DNA from: Thermoanaerobaculia bacterium
GTDB taxonomy: Bacteria > Acidobacteriota > Thermoanaerobaculia > UBA5066
Reading direction: 5' to 3'
DNA length: 64,000 nt
Assembly: GCA_963816185.1 (NCBI GenBank)
Contig: CAWFJJ010000001.1
Location: forward strand, 128,001 to 192,000
Shown here piece after piece: positions 9,019-17,978 of the stretch; the stretch's first letter is position 1; the number at the start of each line of letters is the position of its first letter. A program made the translations under genes and the position numbers. The notes beneath the pieces are model-generated. The model worked only from the letters and a program-made list of their open reading frames with translations, searched no databases and was not told the origin of the DNA.

Positions 9019-9606
9019 ATGAAGAAACTAGTCCTCTCCGACGTCAAGAATCTCCATGAGTACGAATTGATCCGCGATTCGTGGCGGAAGGACGTGATCG
9101 CCGTGAAAGCGAAGCGGCGCGTCCTTCTCGGCGACATCATGTCGCTCGTCTTCGAGTGCCGACTCACGGTCTTGAACCAGGTCCAGGAGATGTGCCGGGC
9201 CGAGCGACTCGCGAAACCCGAAGCCGTCCAGCAGGAAATCGACGTTTACAACGAGCTGCTGCCCGACGACGGCGAGCTCTCGGCCACGCTGCTCGTCGAG
9301 ATCACCGAGGAGGCCCGCATCCAGCCTCAGCTCGACCGGCTCGTCGGCCTCTCTTCGGGTCGCCATCTCTGGCTCGAGCTGAACGGCCGCAAGGTGTTCG
9401 CGCGCTTCCTCGAAGGACAAGGGCGCGAGGACCGGATCGCCGCGGTCCAGTACCTGCGATTCCCGATCGGGACGGATCCCGCAGATCGGCAGGCGCTCGC
9501 CGAGGGACCGTCCCTCGTGGTCCTTTACGTCGACCACCCCGGCTATCGGGCCCACGCAGCCCTTTCCCCCGAGACACGTACCGAGATTGCCCACGATCTC
9601 GACTAA
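9019..9606 (+). CDS. DUF3501 family protein
   Basis: QVQEM.RAE, YNELLP..GELSATLLVE, AVQYLRF; position after rbr and FeS oxidoreductase. Confidence 0.85.
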   Translation: MKKLVLSDVKNLHEYELIRDSWRKDVIAVKAKRRVLLGDIMSLVFECRLTVLNQVQEMCRAERLAKPEAVQQEIDVYNELLPDDGELSATLLVEITEEARIQPQLDRLVGLSSGRHLWLELNGRKVFARFLEGQGREDRIAAVQYLRFPIGTDPADRQALAEGPSLVVLYVDHPGYRAHAALSPETRTEIAHDLD

Positions 9607-9636
9607 AGCTCTCCGGGGCGCGAATAGAATCCGCCC

Positions 9637-10128
9637 ATGCTGATCCACCTCCTCCGCCACGCTGAAGCCGAGGACGTATCTCCCACGGGGCGGGACGGTG
9701 ATCGACGGCTGACCGAGGAAGGCAAAAAGCGAATGAGGGCCGTCGCGGAAGCGATCGCGAAACTGGATCCCGGGTACGAGGCCGTGCTCGTCTCCCCCCT
9801 GGTGCGTGCCCGGCAGACGGCGGAGCCGGTGGCGGAGGCCTGTGGTTTCGAGCGACCGTTCACGGAGACGAAGAATCTCGCGCCCAATGCCAACCCCGTC
9901 GAGGTTCTCCACGAGCTGGCCCGGCTCCGTCCGGCCAGCGCCCTTCTCGTCGGCCATCAACCCCATTTTGGCCGGCTGCTCGGCCTGCTGCTTTCAGGCC
10001 GGCCCGACCTCGAAATTCCGATCAAGAAGGCGGGCCTGGCGGCATTCGAGACTCCCGCCGATCCTTCCCTTGGCCCCGCGGAGTTGAAGTTCCTCCTCCC
10101 CCCGAGACTACTGGAAAGGCTTGCATAG
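9637..10128 (+). CDS. sixA: Phosphohistidine phosphatase SixA
   Basis: LLRHAEA, SPLVRARQTA, VGHQP. Confidence 0.88.
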   Translation: MLIHLLRHAEAEDVSPTGRDGDRRLTEEGKKRMRAVAEAIAKLDPGYEAVLVSPLVRARQTAEPVAEACGFERPFTETKNLAPNANPVEVLHELARLRPASALLVGHQPHFGRLLGLLLSGRPDLEIPIKKAGLAAFETPADPSLGPAELKFLLPPRLLERLA

Positions 10129-10206
10129 CAGGACGTTACGCTCGGTAGCGCGATTAGTTGGCCCGTTCCTGATAGGATCTTGCGCTCTTGGAGGAACGAC
10201 TTTCCC

Positions 10207-10806
10207 ATGGGTAAAAGCATTGCTCTCGGCTGCATCGTCCTCGTTCTGGTCGGCGTTCTCGTCGTCGGCGGCATGGCGGCGGGCGCCTATAACAAGCTGA
10301 ACTCAGCCGATCAGGCAGTCAGCGCGGGCTGGGCCCAGGTGGAGAACGTCTACCAGCGACGGGCCGATCTCATCCCGAATCTCGTCGAAACCGTCAAGGG
10401 CGCGGCGAACTTCGAAAAGGAGACGCTCACGCAGGTCATCCAGGCGCGCGCCTCGGCCTCGCAGATCAAGCTCGACGCCAACTCCATCAAGGACCCGGCC
10501 GCCTTCGACAAGTTTCAGAAGGCGCAGGATCAGCTCGGCGGCGCCCTCAGCCGCCTTCTCGTTACCATAGAAAAGTATCCGGAGCTGAAGGCCAACCAGA
10601 ACTACCGCGACCTGCAAGCGCAGCTCGAGGGCACCGAGAACCGGATCTCCGTCGAGCGGGGTCGGTTCAACGACGTGACGCAGACCTACAACACGCTGCG
10701 CCGGTCGTTTCCGACGGTCATCGTGGCGAACTTCGCGGGCTTCAAGGAACGTCCGTACTTCAAGGCCGCTGAGGGCTCGGAAAAGCCGCCGGCCGTGAAG
10801 TTCTGA
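10207..10806 (+). CDS. lemA: LemA family protein
   Basis: N-terminal TM, WAQVENVYQRRADLIPNLV, YPELKAN, LEGTENRI. Confidence 0.93.
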   Translation: MGKSIALGCIVLVLVGVLVVGGMAAGAYNKLNSADQAVSAGWAQVENVYQRRADLIPNLVETVKGAANFEKETLTQVIQARASASQIKLDANSIKDPAAFDKFQKAQDQLGGALSRLLVTIEKYPELKANQNYRDLQAQLEGTENRISVERGRFNDVTQTYNTLRRSFPTVIVANFAGFKERPYFKAAEGSEKPPAVKF

Positions 10807-10840
10807 GGAAGAGAAAAGAAGAATTCGGATTCGGACTTTC

Positions 10841-11581
10841 TTGATCTTCCTCTTCGTTTCCCTCTTTCTTTCCGCCGCTGCGTCCGCCGCCGGGCCCGCC
10901 GTTCCGCCCGCTCCGACGCGGTATGTGACGGACAAAGCCGGCGTGATCCCGCCGGACGTGACCGCCCGGCTGGAGACGCGTCTGTCCGACTTCGAGAAGG
11001 AGACGTCGAACCAGTTCCTCGTCTACACCGAGAGCACGATCCCGGAAGGAACCACGCTCGAGGAGTACACCGTCGCGTGTGCTCAAGCCTGGAAGGCGGG
11101 GCAGACGCAGAGGAAGAACGGGATGATCCTCTTCGTCTTCCCCGGGTCGCGGAAGGCGCGGCTCGAGGTCGGCTACGGGCTGGAAGGCGCGATGCCCGAC
11201 GCGCTCGCGCGGCGCGTCCTCGACGAGCAGGTGATTCCGCGCTTCCGAACGGGCGACTACGGCGGCGGGATTGCCGCGGGGGTCTCTGCCGCGATCGCGG
11301 CCACGCGAGGTGAGTACAAGGGAACCGGCAGGACGCGCGGGCAGCGTCAGGACCGGGGACTGCCCGTCCCTCTCCTCCTCGCGATTCTGCTTTTCTTCTT
11401 CTTCGGGATCATCCCGATGGTCTTCAGGAATCGCAGCGGGTACTCGTACATCGGCCGCGGCGGCTGGGGCTCGGGCGGTTTCGGCGGTTTCGGCGGAGGC
11501 GGCTTCGGCGGCGGGGGAGGCGGCGGCTTCTCGGGAGGCGGCGGATCCTTCGGCGGCGGCGGCGCGAGCGGGAGCTGGTGA
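10841..11581 (+). CDS. TPM-domain membrane protein with Gly-rich tail (YgcG-like)
   Basis: YVTDKAGVI, RLEVGYGLEG, GGGSFGGGGASGSW. Confidence 0.9.
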   Translation: MIFLFVSLFLSAAASAAGPAVPPAPTRYVTDKAGVIPPDVTARLETRLSDFEKETSNQFLVYTESTIPEGTTLEEYTVACAQAWKAGQTQRKNGMILFVFPGSRKARLEVGYGLEGAMPDALARRVLDEQVIPRFRTGDYGGGIAAGVSAAIAATRGEYKGTGRTRGQRQDRGLPVPLLLAILLFFFFGIIPMVFRNRSGYSYIGRGGWGSGGFGGFGGGGFGGGGGGGFSGGGGSFGGGGASGSW

Positions 11582-11582
11582 C

Positions 11583-12032
11583 ATGGCGAGGAGCAAGGAG
11601 GCAGCGGCGTTTTTCGAAGCTCTCGATCGGCCTGCGATCGTCGAAGCGATCAAGCGGGCCGAGACGAAAAGCTTCGGGGAGATCCGCGTGCATCTTCACC
11701 ACGGGCCCGTCTCCGATGCGCTCAAGGCGGCGAGGGCCACGTTCAAGAAGCTCGGCATGGACAAGACTGTTCACGGCACCGGCTGCCTCCTGTTCCTCGC
11801 GCCGGCGTCGCGCGCCTTCGCGGTGATCGGGGGCGCTGGAATTCATGAAAAGGTCGGAGACGGTTTTTGGGCCGAAGCCCGGGACGCGGCCCAGGCCCTC
11901 TTCGTGGACGGAAAGTTCACGGAGGGCATCGTGGCGGCCGTCGACAAGCTCGGCGATGCGCTCGCGCTGTTCTTCCCGAAGAGAGGGCCTGCGGATACGA
12001 ACGAGCTTCCGGACGAGGTCAGCGAGGACTGA
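11583..12032 (+). CDS. TPM-domain protein
   Basis: AIKRAETKSFGEIRVH, GIHEKVG..FW, NELPDEV. Confidence 0.85.
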   Translation: MARSKEAAAFFEALDRPAIVEAIKRAETKSFGEIRVHLHHGPVSDALKAARATFKKLGMDKTVHGTGCLLFLAPASRAFAVIGGAGIHEKVGDGFWAEARDAAQALFVDGKFTEGIVAAVDKLGDALALFFPKRGPADTNELPDEVSED

Positions 12033-12039
12033 CGCCGCT

Positions 12040-12068
12040 TTGACAGGTGCGTAGCTGTCTGGTAAGTT
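12040..12068 (+). promoter_or_regulatory. sigma70 promoter of rplU operon
   Basis: TTGACA-N17-TAAGTT with TG extension. Confidence 0.75.
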
Positions 12069-12103
12069 TGTCGGCCGTTTTGTTCGGGAAGTCGAGGTAA
12101 AGC

Positions 12104-12424
12104 ATGTACGCAGTCATCCGGACCGGAGGCAAGCAGGTGCGCGTCGCTGAGGGCGACGTCGTCCGCGTCGAGCGCCTCACGAAAGAGACCCTGAAGAAGG
12201 GCGCGGAGGTGTCGCTTTCGGAGGTCCTCGCAATCGGCAAGGACGACGGCCTGCACCTCGGCTCTCCTCTCGTTTCGGGTGCCACGGTGACGGGCATCGT
12301 CGTGCGCGAGACGCGCGGACCGAAGCTCCTCGTTTACAAGAAGAAGCGCCGGAAGGGCTTCCAGCGCACTCACGGGCATCGCCAGGATCTCGTCGAGATC
12401 CGCATTGCGTCCATCGTCGGATAG
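12104..12424 (+). CDS. rplU: 50S ribosomal protein L21
   Basis: [11 protein letters not shown]...GHRQ. Confidence 0.97.
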   Translation: MYAVIRTGGKQVRVAEGDVVRVERLTKETLKKGAEVSLSEVLAIGKDDGLHLGSPLVSGATVTGIVVRETRGPKLLVYKKKRRKGFQRTHGHRQDLVEIRIASIVG

Positions 12425-12500
12425 AGCAGATTCGTTTTTCGTCTTCTCGCGTCCATTCTTCTTAGGGGCAGCGGGAAGAACGCTTCAAGGGGTAGCGCTC

Positions 12501-12770
12501 ATGGCACACAAAAAAGGTCAAGGTTCGTCCCGTAATGGGCGCGACAGCAACAGCCAGCGCCTCGGCGTGAAGCGCTTCGCCGGCCAGCTCGTCTCGGGTG
12601 GATCGATCCTCGTGCGGCAGCGCGGCACCCCGCTCAAGCCCGGCGTGAACGTCGGTCGCGCAAAGGACGACTCGCTCTTTGCGAAGGTGGACGGAATCGT
12701 GAATTTCCACGACAAGGGCCGTCTCGGCCGCTTCGTGTCGGTCACGCCCGTTTTGGAAAAGACCGCGTAG
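12501..12770 (+). CDS. rpmA: 50S ribosomal protein L27
   Basis: [16 protein letters not shown]. Confidence 0.97.
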   Translation: MAHKKGQGSSRNGRDSNSQRLGVKRFAGQLVSGGSILVRQRGTPLKPGVNVGRAKDDSLFAKVDGIVNFHDKGRLGRFVSVTPVLEKTA

Positions 12771-12869
12771 GTCGTTTTTTCGGTTTTTGGGTCATTCTTT
12801 TTTCCGGGCCCGCCCCTCTTCCTTTCTAAGCACGAAGGCGCGTGAGCGCCTTCGAAGATCCTCTCAAAC

Positions 12870-13919
12870 ATGTTCATAGACGAAGCCGTCATCCACGTTG
12901 CCGGGGGTGACGGTGGCAATGGCTGCGTCGCCTTCCGGCACGAGAAGTTCGTGCCCCGCGGCGGGCCCTCCGGCGGGGACGGCGGGGACGGTGGGAGCGT
13001 GACCCTCGTCGCCGACCGAGGCCTGAACACGCTTTACCCCTTCCGCTTCACGAGGCGCTTCGGTGCGGGCCGAGGCGGCCACGGCAAGGGGGACAACCGC
13101 CACGGGAAGAACGGCGCGTCTCTTCCCGTCTCGGTGCCCGTCGGAACGATCGTGAAGGACCGAGCGACCGGGGAGATCGTGGGCGACCTCGTCGTGGAGG
13201 GGCAGACGCTTCTCGTGGCCGCGGGCGGCAAGGGCGGGAGGGGAAACGCGCGGTTCGCGACGTCCACGAATCGGGCTCCGCGGCGCGCAGATCCCGGCAC
13301 GAAAGGCGACCAGAGGGACCTCGCGCTGGAGCTCAAGCTTCTTGCGGACGTAGCGCTCGTCGGCTTGCCGAACGCGGGGAAGTCGACGCTCATCTCCGCC
13401 ATTTCCGCGGCGCGCCCGAAGATCGCCGACTATCCGTTCACGACTCTGGTCCCGAACCTCGGAGTCGTGTCCTGGGAGCGCTTCCGCACGTTCGTCGCAG
13501 CGGACGTGCCCGGGCTCATCGAGGGCGCCCACGAGGGCCACGGCCTCGGGATCCGCTTCCTGAAGCACGTAGAAAGGTCCCGCCTGCTCGTCCACCTTGT
13601 GGACGCGGCGGCGCTCGGCGACGCAGACCCGATTGCCGAGGCCGAAGAGGCAGTCACGACGATCGAGCACGAGCTCGCGTCCTTCCAGCCGGAGCTGGCC
13701 CGACGCGAGCGCGTCCTCTTGGCCACGAAAGACGACGCGGCCTCTCCCGCCCAGGTCGCGGCCGTCGGCGCTGCGGCCTCGCGCCGCGGCCTGGCATTCT
13801 TCGCGATCTCGGCGGTCGCGCACCACGGCCTCGCCGCGCTCGTCTCGCATCTCGGGACGCGGCTGGAGGCGCTCGCCGCCCCGGCGGGCGCCGAGAACGG
13901 GACGGAGGCCGTCTCCTGA
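12870..13919 (+). CDS. obgE: GTPase ObgE/CgtA
   Basis: Gly-rich Obg domain, [20 protein letters not shown]. Confidence 0.97.
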   Translation: MFIDEAVIHVAGGDGGNGCVAFRHEKFVPRGGPSGGDGGDGGSVTLVADRGLNTLYPFRFTRRFGAGRGGHGKGDNRHGKNGASLPVSVPVGTIVKDRATGEIVGDLVVEGQTLLVAAGGKGGRGNARFATSTNRAPRRADPGTKGDQRDLALELKLLADVALVGLPNAGKSTLISAISAARPKIADYPFTTLVPNLGVVSWERFRTFVAADVPGLIEGAHEGHGLGIRFLKHVERSRLLVHLVDAAALGDADPIAEAEEAVTTIEHELASFQPELARRERVLLATKDDAASPAQVAAVGAAASRRGLAFFAISAVAHHGLAALVSHLGTRLEALAAPAGAENGTEAVS

Positions 13920-13921
13920 CC

Positions 13922-14530
13922 ATGCGCATCGGCGTCTACGGCGGTTCGTTCGACCCGGTGCACTTCGGGCACCTCGTTCCGATCGAGGAGGCGCGCCGCA
14001 AACTCGCCCTCGACCAGATCCTCTTCATGCCGGCGTTCCAGCCGCCGCACAAACCGTCCGGCCCGTCCGCTCCCTCGCATCACCGCTTCGCGATGCTCGC
14101 CCTTGCATTCGAGGCGTATCCGGCCTTTCGCCTGAGCGACTTCGAGGTCGCGCGAGGCGGCACGACGTACACGATCGAGACGCTGCGGCACCTTCGCGCG
14201 TCACGTGCGGACGCGGAATTCCTGCTCGTCCTCGGGTCCGACTCGCTCGCGGGAATTACGGCCTGGCGCTCTTGGCAGGATCTTCTCGGCGAGTTCAACG
14301 TTGCAGTCGTCGAGAGGGAAGGTTTCCCGCCGGACCTCCTCGCGCGCGACCTGCCTCCGGCGATCTCCGGACGGTTCGGAGAGACTATTTTCTTCGCCGG
14401 CAACGCACCGGTTACAATTTCGTCCACGTGGTTAAGGCGCGCCATCCCCGCGGGCGAGGACCTCAGCGGAAGCCTCCCGGCGAGCGTCGGCGCGTATCTC
14501 CGAAAGCACGGCCTGTACCGCCTCCCGTGA
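13922..14530 (+). CDS. nadD: Nicotinate-nucleotide adenylyltransferase
   Basis: GGSFDPVHFGH, PPHK, TISST. Confidence 0.95.
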   Translation: MRIGVYGGSFDPVHFGHLVPIEEARRKLALDQILFMPAFQPPHKPSGPSAPSHHRFAMLALAFEAYPAFRLSDFEVARGGTTYTIETLRHLRASRADAEFLLVLGSDSLAGITAWRSWQDLLGEFNVAVVEREGFPPDLLARDLPPAISGRFGETIFFAGNAPVTISSTWLRRAIPAGEDLSGSLPASVGAYLRKHGLYRLP

Positions 14531-14997
14531 AGCACCCGGTCCCCCAGGTGGGACCGCTCGACGACCTCATCGAGGCGACGCTACAGCGCGCGGGGTTGCG
14601 CGCCGCCGAGCCGGAGAAGCCTCGTGCGAGCGCCGACCCGGCGCTCGACGAGCGCCTCACGGCGCAGCTCAAGAAGGGTGTCGCCGCTCTTCTCGACAAG
14701 AAAGCCGAGAAGCTCGTGGTCCTGAACCTCCAGGGCCTCACGACGATGTCCGACTACTTCGTCCTGGCCACCGCGGGCAGCGACCGGCAGGCGCAGGCTC
14801 TTGCGGATGCGGTCGAGATGGCTCTCAAGGCCGAAGGGAGACGGCCCCTGTCCATCGAGGGCTACCAGTCTGCGGCCTGGATCCTTCTCGATTACGGCGA
14901 CGTCGTGTTTCACGTCTTCCACCATGAGGCGCGCCGCTTCTACGGGCTCGAGAGACTCTGGGGAGACGCTCCGGACGCCACCGAGGCGTTCCGGTAG
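14527..14997 (+). CDS. rsfS: Ribosome silencing factor, with N-terminal extension
   Basis: DKKAE, DYFVLA, WILLDYGDVVFHVF, FYGLERLW; GTGA overlap with nadD stop. Confidence 0.92.
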   Translation: MKHPVPQVGPLDDLIEATLQRAGLRAAEPEKPRASADPALDERLTAQLKKGVAALLDKKAEKLVVLNLQGLTTMSDYFVLATAGSDRQAQALADAVEMALKAEGRRPLSIEGYQSAAWILLDYGDVVFHVFHHEARRFYGLERLWGDAPDATEAFR

Positions 14998-15029
14998 GAG
15001 CCTTTCTGGCGGGGCGCGTCGCGTCCTCC

Positions 15030-15953
15030 GTGCTCTTCGCGACCCGCCATCGCGGACTGAGGGAGCAGCTTCGGCGCCTGGCGCGTGCCGCGGATTCGGC
15101 GAACACCGTGCTCATTCTCGGAGCGCCCGGGACCGGAAAGGACCGGCTCGCGCGCCTTCTCCACGAGCGCTCGTCGCGCGCGGGCGAGCCGTTCGTGCGG
15201 GTGGATCTCGCGGCGGTGTCGGACGATCTTTTCGAGAGCGAGCTCTTCGGCCACGAACGCGGAGCCTTTACGGGTGCCGTCGCGGGAAAGCCGGGCCTTC
15301 TCGAGGGCGCGGGCGAGGGCACGCTCTACCTCGACCGCGTCGACGCGCTTTCCCTTCGAGCCCAGGGCAAGCTCCTCCGCGTCGTCGAAGAGCGTCTCGT
15401 GCGGCGAGTGGGGGGGATGCGGCTGCTGCCGCTCAAGGCGCGCCTCGTGGCTTCGGCGGGGCCGGATCTGCCGCGCCGGGCGCGCGCCGGGACGTTCCGG
15501 GAGGATCTCTTCTACCGGCTCGCGGTCGTCACGGTGAGCCTCCCGACTCTCGCCGAGCGCCCGGAAGACCTTCTTCCGGCGGCGCGTGCGCTCGCGAAGG
15601 CGGCTGGGGGCCCGGCGGCGTTCTCGGCGGCCGCGCGGCGCTTGCTGCTCTCTCACGCCTGGCGCGGGAATTTTCGCGAGCTCGAGAACGTCGTCCGGCG
15701 CGCCGCGAACGATGCGGCTGCGGCCGGGGCGACCGCGATCGACGCCCCGCACGTGAAGCTCGCGGGCCCGTCCGATCCCGAGGCGCTCCTCCATGCCGCG
15801 GCTCACGCCCGCTGGACGCTGCGGCAGCTTTCGGACGCCTACATCACCCTCGTCCTGGACGAGGCGGGCGGAAACGTGACGGAAGCGGCACGCCGCCTCG
15901 GGGTCGCAAGAAAGACTCTTTATGCGAGGCGGGAAGGGAGAAGAATTTCTTAG
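15030..15953 (+). CDS. sigma54 enhancer-binding protein (AAA+ and Fis HTH) lacking a regulatory domain
   Basis: GAPGTGKD, ESELFGHERGAFTGA, FREDLFYRL, WRGNFREL, HTH AARRLGVARKTLY. Confidence 0.85.
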   Translation: MLFATRHRGLREQLRRLARAADSANTVLILGAPGTGKDRLARLLHERSSRAGEPFVRVDLAAVSDDLFESELFGHERGAFTGAVAGKPGLLEGAGEGTLYLDRVDALSLRAQGKLLRVVEERLVRRVGGMRLLPLKARLVASAGPDLPRRARAGTFREDLFYRLAVVTVSLPTLAERPEDLLPAARALAKAAGGPAAFSAAARRLLLSHAWRGNFRELENVVRRAANDAAAAGATAIDAPHVKLAGPSDPEALLHAAAHARWTLRQLSDAYITLVLDEAGGNVTEAARRLGVARKTLYARREGRRIS

Positions 15954-16099
15954 GTTGAAAGAGGGCTTGATTCCGAGCGGGGCGTGATATCCTCCGCCAT
16001 TCTCGCAAGGCCCGGTGGCTCCTGACCGAGTAGGTAAACCGGCCGATCGCAGCGCTTTAGCGTTGCGTATTCCAAGTGATCTCAAGGGAGACGACCAGC

Positions 16100-16489
16100 A
16101 TGGTACTCAAAACCGCCGCGATGCCAGCGAAGCCCCTGAAGAAGGAGGCCGGCGAACGGGTGAGGAAACGCCTCGTTGCGCGCCGCGACGAGCTGCTCCA
16201 GGATCTTGCGAAGAACCGGGAGGTCTCCGAGGAAACGGTCGATGAATCGGCGCAGGACATGGCCGACCGCGCGACGTCCGCCTACACGAAGGAGTTCGCG
16301 TACTCGCTTTCCGAAAGCGACCGGAAGATCCTCCTGCTCATCGAAGAGGCGCTTTCACGTCTCGACGCGGGTACGTATGGGACCTGCATTCATTGCTCCC
16401 AGCCCGTTCAGGAGAAGCGCATCGAGGCGGTTCCCTGGGCGCGCCATTGCCTCGACTGCCAGGAGCTGCAAGACAAGGGATTGCTGTAA
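16100..16489 (+). CDS. dksA: DksA/TraR C4 zinc-finger protein
   Basis: DMADRA coiled-coil tip, YGTCIHC...RIEAVPWARHCLDC. Confidence 0.85.
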   Translation: MVLKTAAMPAKPLKKEAGERVRKRLVARRDELLQDLAKNREVSEETVDESAQDMADRATSAYTKEFAYSLSESDRKILLLIEEALSRLDAGTYGTCIHCSQPVQEKRIEAVPWARHCLDCQELQDKGLL

Positions 16490-16527
16490 GACAAAGGGCG
16501 CCGGAACCATCCGGTTAGGATGAGCGC

Positions 16528-17976
16528 GTGAGACGTCTCGATCCGTTCGCGCCTCTCGCTCCGCTCGTCGCTTCCGCACGGACCGCGCCACTCCACCCGC
16601 TGCTCTTCCTCTCCGGAGACGACGACTGGATCGTGGCCGAGGGCGTGCGGCGCGTGGCGGCGGCGTTCCGGGAGGCATTTCGCGGGGGAGAGGTCACGGC
16701 GTACGAGGCGACGGGAGAGGGCGTGAGAGAGGCCGTCGCGGACGCGGCGACCATCGCGCTCTTCGCCACGAACCGGCTCGTGGTCTTGGAAGCCACGGAA
16801 CTGTTCCACGGCAAGGGCCTCTCGGCGGAGGAGCTCGACGCGCTCCTCGACGAGGCCGAGGAAGGCGGCGACGACGTGCGCCTTCTGGCGCGGCTCTCGC
16901 GCAAGGCCTCCGCGCTTGCCGCGGCGGCCGGCGTCTCCGTGGGCGATGACCCCGAGGAAGCCGCGCGCCGGATCGCCGGGCGTGTGAAGCGCTCGGAGCG
17001 CGCCGGGGCGCTCGCCGCTCTCCTCGCGAGCCTGCCCGCGTCCGAGGAAGGGGCCGAGACGGCGCTCGACGCGCTTCTCGACTTCGCGCAGAGGGCCGGG
17101 GCCTCCGACAACGTCCTGCTCGTCCAGGCGGTCTCGCCCGATGCGCAGCACCGTGCGACACAGACCCTGAGGCGCGCCTCGTGTGCCGCGGACTTGTCCG
17201 TGCCGGACGAAGCGGCTCGCCGCGAGCGGCTCGCGGCGCTCGGGCTCGAGCACGCCCTGGAACGCAAAGTGCTCGTGGAGCCGGAGGTGTTCGACCTCCT
17301 CTCGGGCCGCGGCCGGCTCTTCGCGCGGCCGTTCCTTTCGGATCTCGACCGCCTCATCGACGCCGCGGCGGGACCGCGCGTGACGGGCGAAGAGGCCGCG
17401 AGGCAGATCGCCGACGAGAGCAAGGAGTACGGCTCGGACTTCGTCCAGGCCGTCGCCGGACGCGACCTCAACCAGTCGCTACGCCTCCTCACGAAGCTCC
17501 TGTCGGGAGCTACCTTCACGGCCTTCCGGCCCTGGGGAGAGAGGGAAGAGGCGCCGGTCGCGAAGAAGGGCCCGCGCGGCGAGGCCGCGTTCTTCCCGCT
17601 CCTGGGCCTTCTCGCTGCCGAGCTTCGCAGGATGCTCGCCCTTCGCGCCGCCCTGGAGGAGCGTGCGGTCCTCTCGGCGGCCAGGCGCGCCGACTATCGC
17701 GGTTTCGCGGACCGCGTCCTTCCCGCCCTCAAGGCACCCCGCGAGGGCCTTGCCCCGTTCTCCGTCGAGGCGCACCCGTTCGTTCTCCACAAAGCGTATC
17801 TCGCGGCCCTCGGCTGGACGACGGAGGACCTCAGGCATGCGCTCATGGGCCTCGAGGCGATCGACCGCGGCGTGAAGAGCGGCGCCGGAACGGGGCCCGA
17901 GCTCCTCGAGGCCTGGCTCTTGTCCCGCCTTCCGGCGGCGCCTGCGCGCGCCGTCGCAAGCGGAAGAGCGGGCTGA
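16528..17976 (+). CDS. holA: DNA polymerase III delta subunit-like protein with insertions
   Basis: LFLSGDDDW, ALFATNRLVVL, C-terminal IDRGVKSGAG..PELLEAWLL. Confidence 0.6.
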   Translation: MRRLDPFAPLAPLVASARTAPLHPLLFLSGDDDWIVAEGVRRVAAAFREAFRGGEVTAYEATGEGVREAVADAATIALFATNRLVVLEATELFHGKGLSAEELDALLDEAEEGGDDVRLLARLSRKASALAAAAGVSVGDDPEEAARRIAGRVKRSERAGALAALLASLPASEEGAETALDALLDFAQRAGASDNVLLVQAVSPDAQHRATQTLRRASCAADLSVPDEAARRERLAALGLEHALERKVLVEPEVFDLLSGRGRLFARPFLSDLDRLIDAAAGPRVTGEEAARQIADESKEYGSDFVQAVAGRDLNQSLRLLTKLLSGATFTAFRPWGEREEAPVAKKGPRGEAAFFPLLGLLAAELRRMLALRAALEERAVLSAARRADYRGFADRVLPALKAPREGLAPFSVEAHPFVLHKAYLAALGWTTEDLRHALMGLEAIDRGVKSGAGTGPELLEAWLLSRLPAAPARAVASGRAG

Positions 17977-17978
17977 GG

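Noticed and set aside
11455-11581. GGC-rich tandem repeat
   Set aside because: Encodes the usual Gly-rich tail of TPM/YgcG proteins
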